A DNA stretch of 64,000 bases from Rubripirellula sp. Its GTDB lineage: Bacteria; Planctomycetota; Planctomycetia; Pirellulales; Pirellulaceae. The position numbers and the translations under genes were made by a program. A model generated the notes under the pieces. It saw nothing but the letters and a program-made list of their open reading frames with translations, was not told the origin of the DNA and did not search any database. Shown here one piece after another: positions 60,619-64,000 of this stretch. Position 1 is the first letter of the stretch. Every line of letters starts with the position of its first letter. The stretch is from NCBI GenBank assembly GCA_965216875.1, contig OZ244207.1, positions 2,464,001-2,528,000 of the forward strand, given 5' to 3'.

Positions 60619-62769
60619 ATGATGTTTTTACGCACGTCGTTGCCAATTGTCGCAAGTCTCTTGCTGGGCTTGGTTGCAAACGCAGACCGTTTGACCCCCG
60701 AAAAGCTCTGGGACCTCTCCCGAATCGGTGGCGCCACGGTCTCGCCCGACGGCAAGCAGATCGCCTACACCGTGACTCGCTACGACCTCAAGGAAAACTC
60801 GGGCGTCACAACGCTCTATGTACAAGCCGTTGACGCATCGGTCAGCGGTGACACCAAGTCAACCGCCTTTGAAACGCCGCTCGCCAACGTTCAAGCGAAA
60901 ACTGTCTTGGCGGACGTCAAAGGACTCGGCTCACTCAATTGGCTTAACCACTCCAGCGGTCAAAAGCTCGTCTACATCGCGCCGGCAAAGATGGCCAATG
61001 GCGAAGACGATGAAGCAACCGAGAAACCTCAAGCCTGGATGACCGACGCCCAAGGCTCCGCCCCGGTCCAGCTAACGAGTGTTGAGCAGGGAATCTCCAA
61101 TCTGATCACCTCGCCATCAGGCGACGCGATTGCCTTTACCGTCGATATCAAGATGGATGCCAAGGTCACGGAAATCTACGAAGACCTGCCCAAAGCAGAT
61201 GCGAGAATCATTGACTCGTTGATGTATCGGCATTGGAACCAATGGCACGACTACGCCTACAGTCACGTCCACGTAGCCAAAATCGATGCGCAAGGTAAGG
61301 CTTCCGAGCCACTTGACTTGATGTCGACGCTGAAGGCCGATTGCCCGTTGCCGCCCTTCGGGGGAAGCGAACAGTTTTCGTTTTCGCCAGACGGCAAAGA
61401 GTTGGCTCTCACGTTGAAGCTGGTCAACAACCCTGCTGAAAGCACCGACAGCGGCATCTACCTTGTTTCGAGCGAAGGCGGAGCACTGAAGAACATCACC
61501 CCTGGCATGCCTGGCTATGACATGTCACCCGCCTACTCTTCGGACGGCCGCACCATTGCATTTCATTCGATGGAGCGTGGAGGATTTGAATCAGACCGCA
61601 ACCGAATCCTTCTCTATGACCGCAATACAGGTGTGACCACCGAAATCACCGAAGGCCTTGATCAAACGACCCACTCGGCGACATGGAGCGAAGACAACAG
61701 CGAACTCTACTTCTACAGCGAAACCCGCGGAACCAACCAGGTCTTCTCGATCCCTGCCGACGGTGGAACGCCAACGCAAGTTTCCCGAGGACGATTCAAC
61801 TTCTCGGTCGTTGCCGATGTTCCCGGAACTGATTTTGTGCTGGCTAAACAGCAGAGCATGTTGCGTCCCACCGAGCTCGCACTGGTCAACGTCGTCACGA
61901 ACCAAGTCACCACCATCACGGACGTCAACGGTGAAATCTACAAAACGCTTGAACTGCCAAGAATCGAAGAACGGTATTTCACGGCAACCGATGGCAAGAA
62001 GATTCACAACTGGGTGATCGTGCCACCTGATTACGATGCGTCGGAAGAAAAGCAATGGCCGATGCTGACGTACTGCCAAGGCGGTCCCCAAGGCCAGATC
62101 GGCCAATGGTTTTCGTATCGCTGGAACTTTCACATGATGGCCTCCAAGGGCTACGTGGTGCTCGCCGTCAACCGTCGCGGAATGCCCGGCTTTGGCCGTC
62201 AATGGAATGATCAGATCAGTGGCGATTGGGGCGGCCAAGCGATGCAAGATATTCTGGCTTCGACCGATGCGATGATCGCCGACCCCACCATCGACCGCAG
62301 CCGAGTTGCTGCGATTGGCGCCAGCTTTGGCGGCTACACGGTCTATTGGATGATGGGCAAGGCCGAGAGTCGGTTCTGCGCCATGATCGCCCACTGCGGT
62401 GTTTTCAATCTCGAGTCCATGTATGGCTCGACCGAAGAGTTATTTTTCGTCAACTGGGACTTAGGTGGTCCCTACTGGAAGAGTGACGACGTTTTGAAAA
62501 AGTACCGCGAGTTTTCACCGCACAGCTTCATTGGCAACTGGAAAACACCGTTGCTTGTCATCCATGGCGAAAAGGATTTTCGAGTGCCCGTCACTCAAGG
62601 GATGGAGGCCTTCACGGCAGCGCAAGTGCAGGGCGTCCCGAGTCGTTTTCTCTACTTTCCAAACGAAGGCCACTGGGTGCTGCAGCCTCAAAACGGCGTC
62701 GTATGGGGACGAGTCTTTTTTGATTGGCTCGATCGCCATTGCAAGACAGGTGAAGAGGCACAGCAGTAG
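60619..62769 (+). CDS. S9 family peptidase (dipeptidyl/acylaminoacyl peptidase)
   Basis: Signal peptide, SPDG propeller repeats, GASFGG, HGEKDFRV and EGH; start taken at ATG 60619. Confidence 0.95.
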   Translation: MMFLRTSLPIVASLLLGLVANADRLTPEKLWDLSRIGGATVSPDGKQIAYTVTRYDLKENSGVTTLYVQAVDASVSGDTKSTAFETPLANVQAKTVLADVKGLGSLNWLNHSSGQKLVYIAPAKMANGEDDEATEKPQAWMTDAQGSAPVQLTSVEQGISNLITSPSGDAIAFTVDIKMDAKVTEIYEDLPKADARIIDSLMYRHWNQWHDYAYSHVHVAKIDAQGKASEPLDLMSTLKADCPLPPFGGSEQFSFSPDGKELALTLKLVNNPAESTDSGIYLVSSEGGALKNITPGMPGYDMSPAYSSDGRTIAFHSMERGGFESDRNRILLYDRNTGVTTEITEGLDQTTHSATWSEDNSELYFYSETRGTNQVFSIPADGGTPTQVSRGRFNFSVVADVPGTDFVLAKQQSMLRPTELALVNVVTNQVTTITDVNGEIYKTLELPRIEERYFTATDGKKIHNWVIVPPDYDASEEKQWPMLTYCQGGPQGQIGQWFSYRWNFHMMASKGYVVLAVNRRGMPGFGRQWNDQISGDWGGQAMQDILASTDAMIADPTIDRSRVAAIGASFGGYTVYWMMGKAESRFCAMIAHCGVFNLESMYGSTEELFFVNWDLGGPYWKSDDVLKKYREFSPHSFIGNWKTPLLVIHGEKDFRVPVTQGMEAFTAAQVQGVPSRFLYFPNEGHWVLQPQNGVVWGRVFFDWLDRHCKTGEEAQQ

Positions 62770-62805
62770 GCCGCAGTCACGCTCGCTGGAAATTGCACAC
62801 GTTAG

Positions 62806-62939
62806 CACTCTCCCTTGGGAGAGTCGGGCTCTAAGGCCCGGAGAGGGTATGTATCGATCATTCCCTCCCCGGACTTTGCGTCCGACCCTCCCGCAAGCGG
62901 GAGGGTGATTGTTGGAGCGCGTGCAAGCACACACCCCAC
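62806..62939. repeat. Double-hairpin repeat element, copy 2, fused to a GTGCAAGCACACACCC REP
   Basis: Near-identical to 27804-27919, immediately followed by a degenerate copy of the 15407 family. Confidence 0.9.
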
Positions 62940-62964
62940 GGAATAACGGCGCATCGTGAGCGGC

Positions 62965-64000
62965 TTACGACTCAGGCTTGAGCTGCTTGCGAATCTCGGC
63001 GAGCCGTTGTTGCAGCTCCGCTTCGAAACCGCGATCAACCGGTTCGTAATAGGTTCGGTCGACGCCAAGGTAGTCCTGCTCGGCGACGCCACCTTCGCTG
63101 TTATGAGCGTACTTGTAGCCTTCGCCGTGCCCGAGATCCTTTGCGCCCGAGTAGTGTGCGCACCGCAGGGCCTTCGGAATCGGAACGATCTCGTTGTGTC
63201 GAACGTCCTGGATTGCCGCGCCGATGGCGACCGTTGCCGCATTGCTCTTCGGTGCGAGAGCCAAGTAGGCGACCGTTTGACTGAGTGTGAGTTGACACTC
63301 AGGAAGGCCCACAAACTCGCAAGCCTGCATCGCCGCCACGGCAACCTGCAGGGCTTGAGGGTCGGCGTTGCCGATGTCTTCGCTGGCCAAGATCACCAGA
63401 CGCCTGCACAAAAAGCGAATGTCCTCGCCTCCTTCGATCATCCGCGCCAGCCAGTAAAGCCCCGCGTCAACGTCGCTGCCACGAATGCTTTTGATCAATG
63501 CACTGGCAAGGTCGTAGTGATCATCTCCCGTCGCATCATAACCGCCGAGTCGATTGCCCAACGTCTCGGCAGCAATCTCTTTGGTCACGTGATCTGAACT
63601 GCGCACCGCAATCTCGAGCGCCGACAAAGCGCGTCGCGCATCCCCTTCGCACGCACGAGCCAAGTAGTCGCGAGCATCGTCATCGACTTGCGACGATGCA
63701 TCGCCAAGCCCACGCTGACGATCCCCCAGTGAGCGATCGATGAGCACGCGTACATCTTCAGGCGTGAGCGACTGCAACTGAAACAATCGACTTCGACTCA
63801 GAAGTGCGCCATTGACCGCAAAGTAAGGATTGCTTGTTGTCGCGCCGATCAACGAAACAACACCCGCCTCGACGTCTGGCAACAACGCGTCCTGTTGGCT
63901 TTTGCTGAACCGATGGATCTCGTCGATGAACAAAATGGGGCGTGGACCACCTGTTGCAACAATGTCCTGGGCCCAGGCAAGTACTTCACGAACGTCCTTG
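62965..64000 (-). CDS. rarA: Replication-associated recombination protein A, 5'-truncated
   Basis: FIDEIHRFSKSQQD, GATTSNP, HYDLASALIKSIRGSD, ASEDIGNADP and YKYAH; frame open to the window end. Confidence 0.96.
   Translation of the reverse strand, partial: KDVREVLAWAQDIVATGGPRPILFIDEIHRFSKSQQDALLPDVEAGVVSLIGATTSNPYFAVNGALLSRSRLFQLQSLTPEDVRVLIDRSLGDRQRGLGDASSQVDDDARDYLARACEGDARRALSALEIAVRSSDHVTKEIAAETLGNRLGGYDATGDDHYDLASALIKSIRGSDVDAGLYWLARMIEGGEDIRFLCRRLVILASEDIGNADPQALQVAVAAMQACEFVGLPECQLTLSQTVAYLALAPKSNAATVAIGAAIQDVRHNEIVPIPKALRCAHYSGAKDLGHGEGYKYAHNSEGGVAEQDYLGVDRTYYEPVDRGFEAELQQRLAEIRKQLKPES

Overview
Chromosomal window from a planctomycete, probably Pirellulaceae (Rhodopirellula/Stieleria-like). 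The lineage is inferred from a DUF1559 prepilin-like protein, sulfatases, a PVC-type haem-binding protein and 'RFSIRxLL' leader proteins. Identifiable loci: an ABC-2 exporter cluster, fliC-fliD-fliS, tRNA-Met(CAT), trhO-tpx, two sulfatases, an orphan tctA, oadG-oadB-oadA, an S9 peptidase and a truncated rarA. No integrase, transposase or CRISPR array was found. Most notable items: (1) an AAA+ ATPase gene followed by a Ser/Thr kinase fused to a tubulin/FtsZ-like domain, divergent from an FHA-EAL gene; (2) a membrane-anchored 7-CxxCH cytochrome c coupled to a small His-containing membrane protein; (3) at least ten palindromic or tandem intergenic repeat families, often stacked into mosaics, one closely resembling the enterobacterial REP; (4) an AztD-like metal chaperone with a candidate Zur box; (5) an RMF-like/Zn-finger microprotein and a YjbR protein with a histone-H1-like tail. 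All calls are by-eye motif recognition; no database searches were run.
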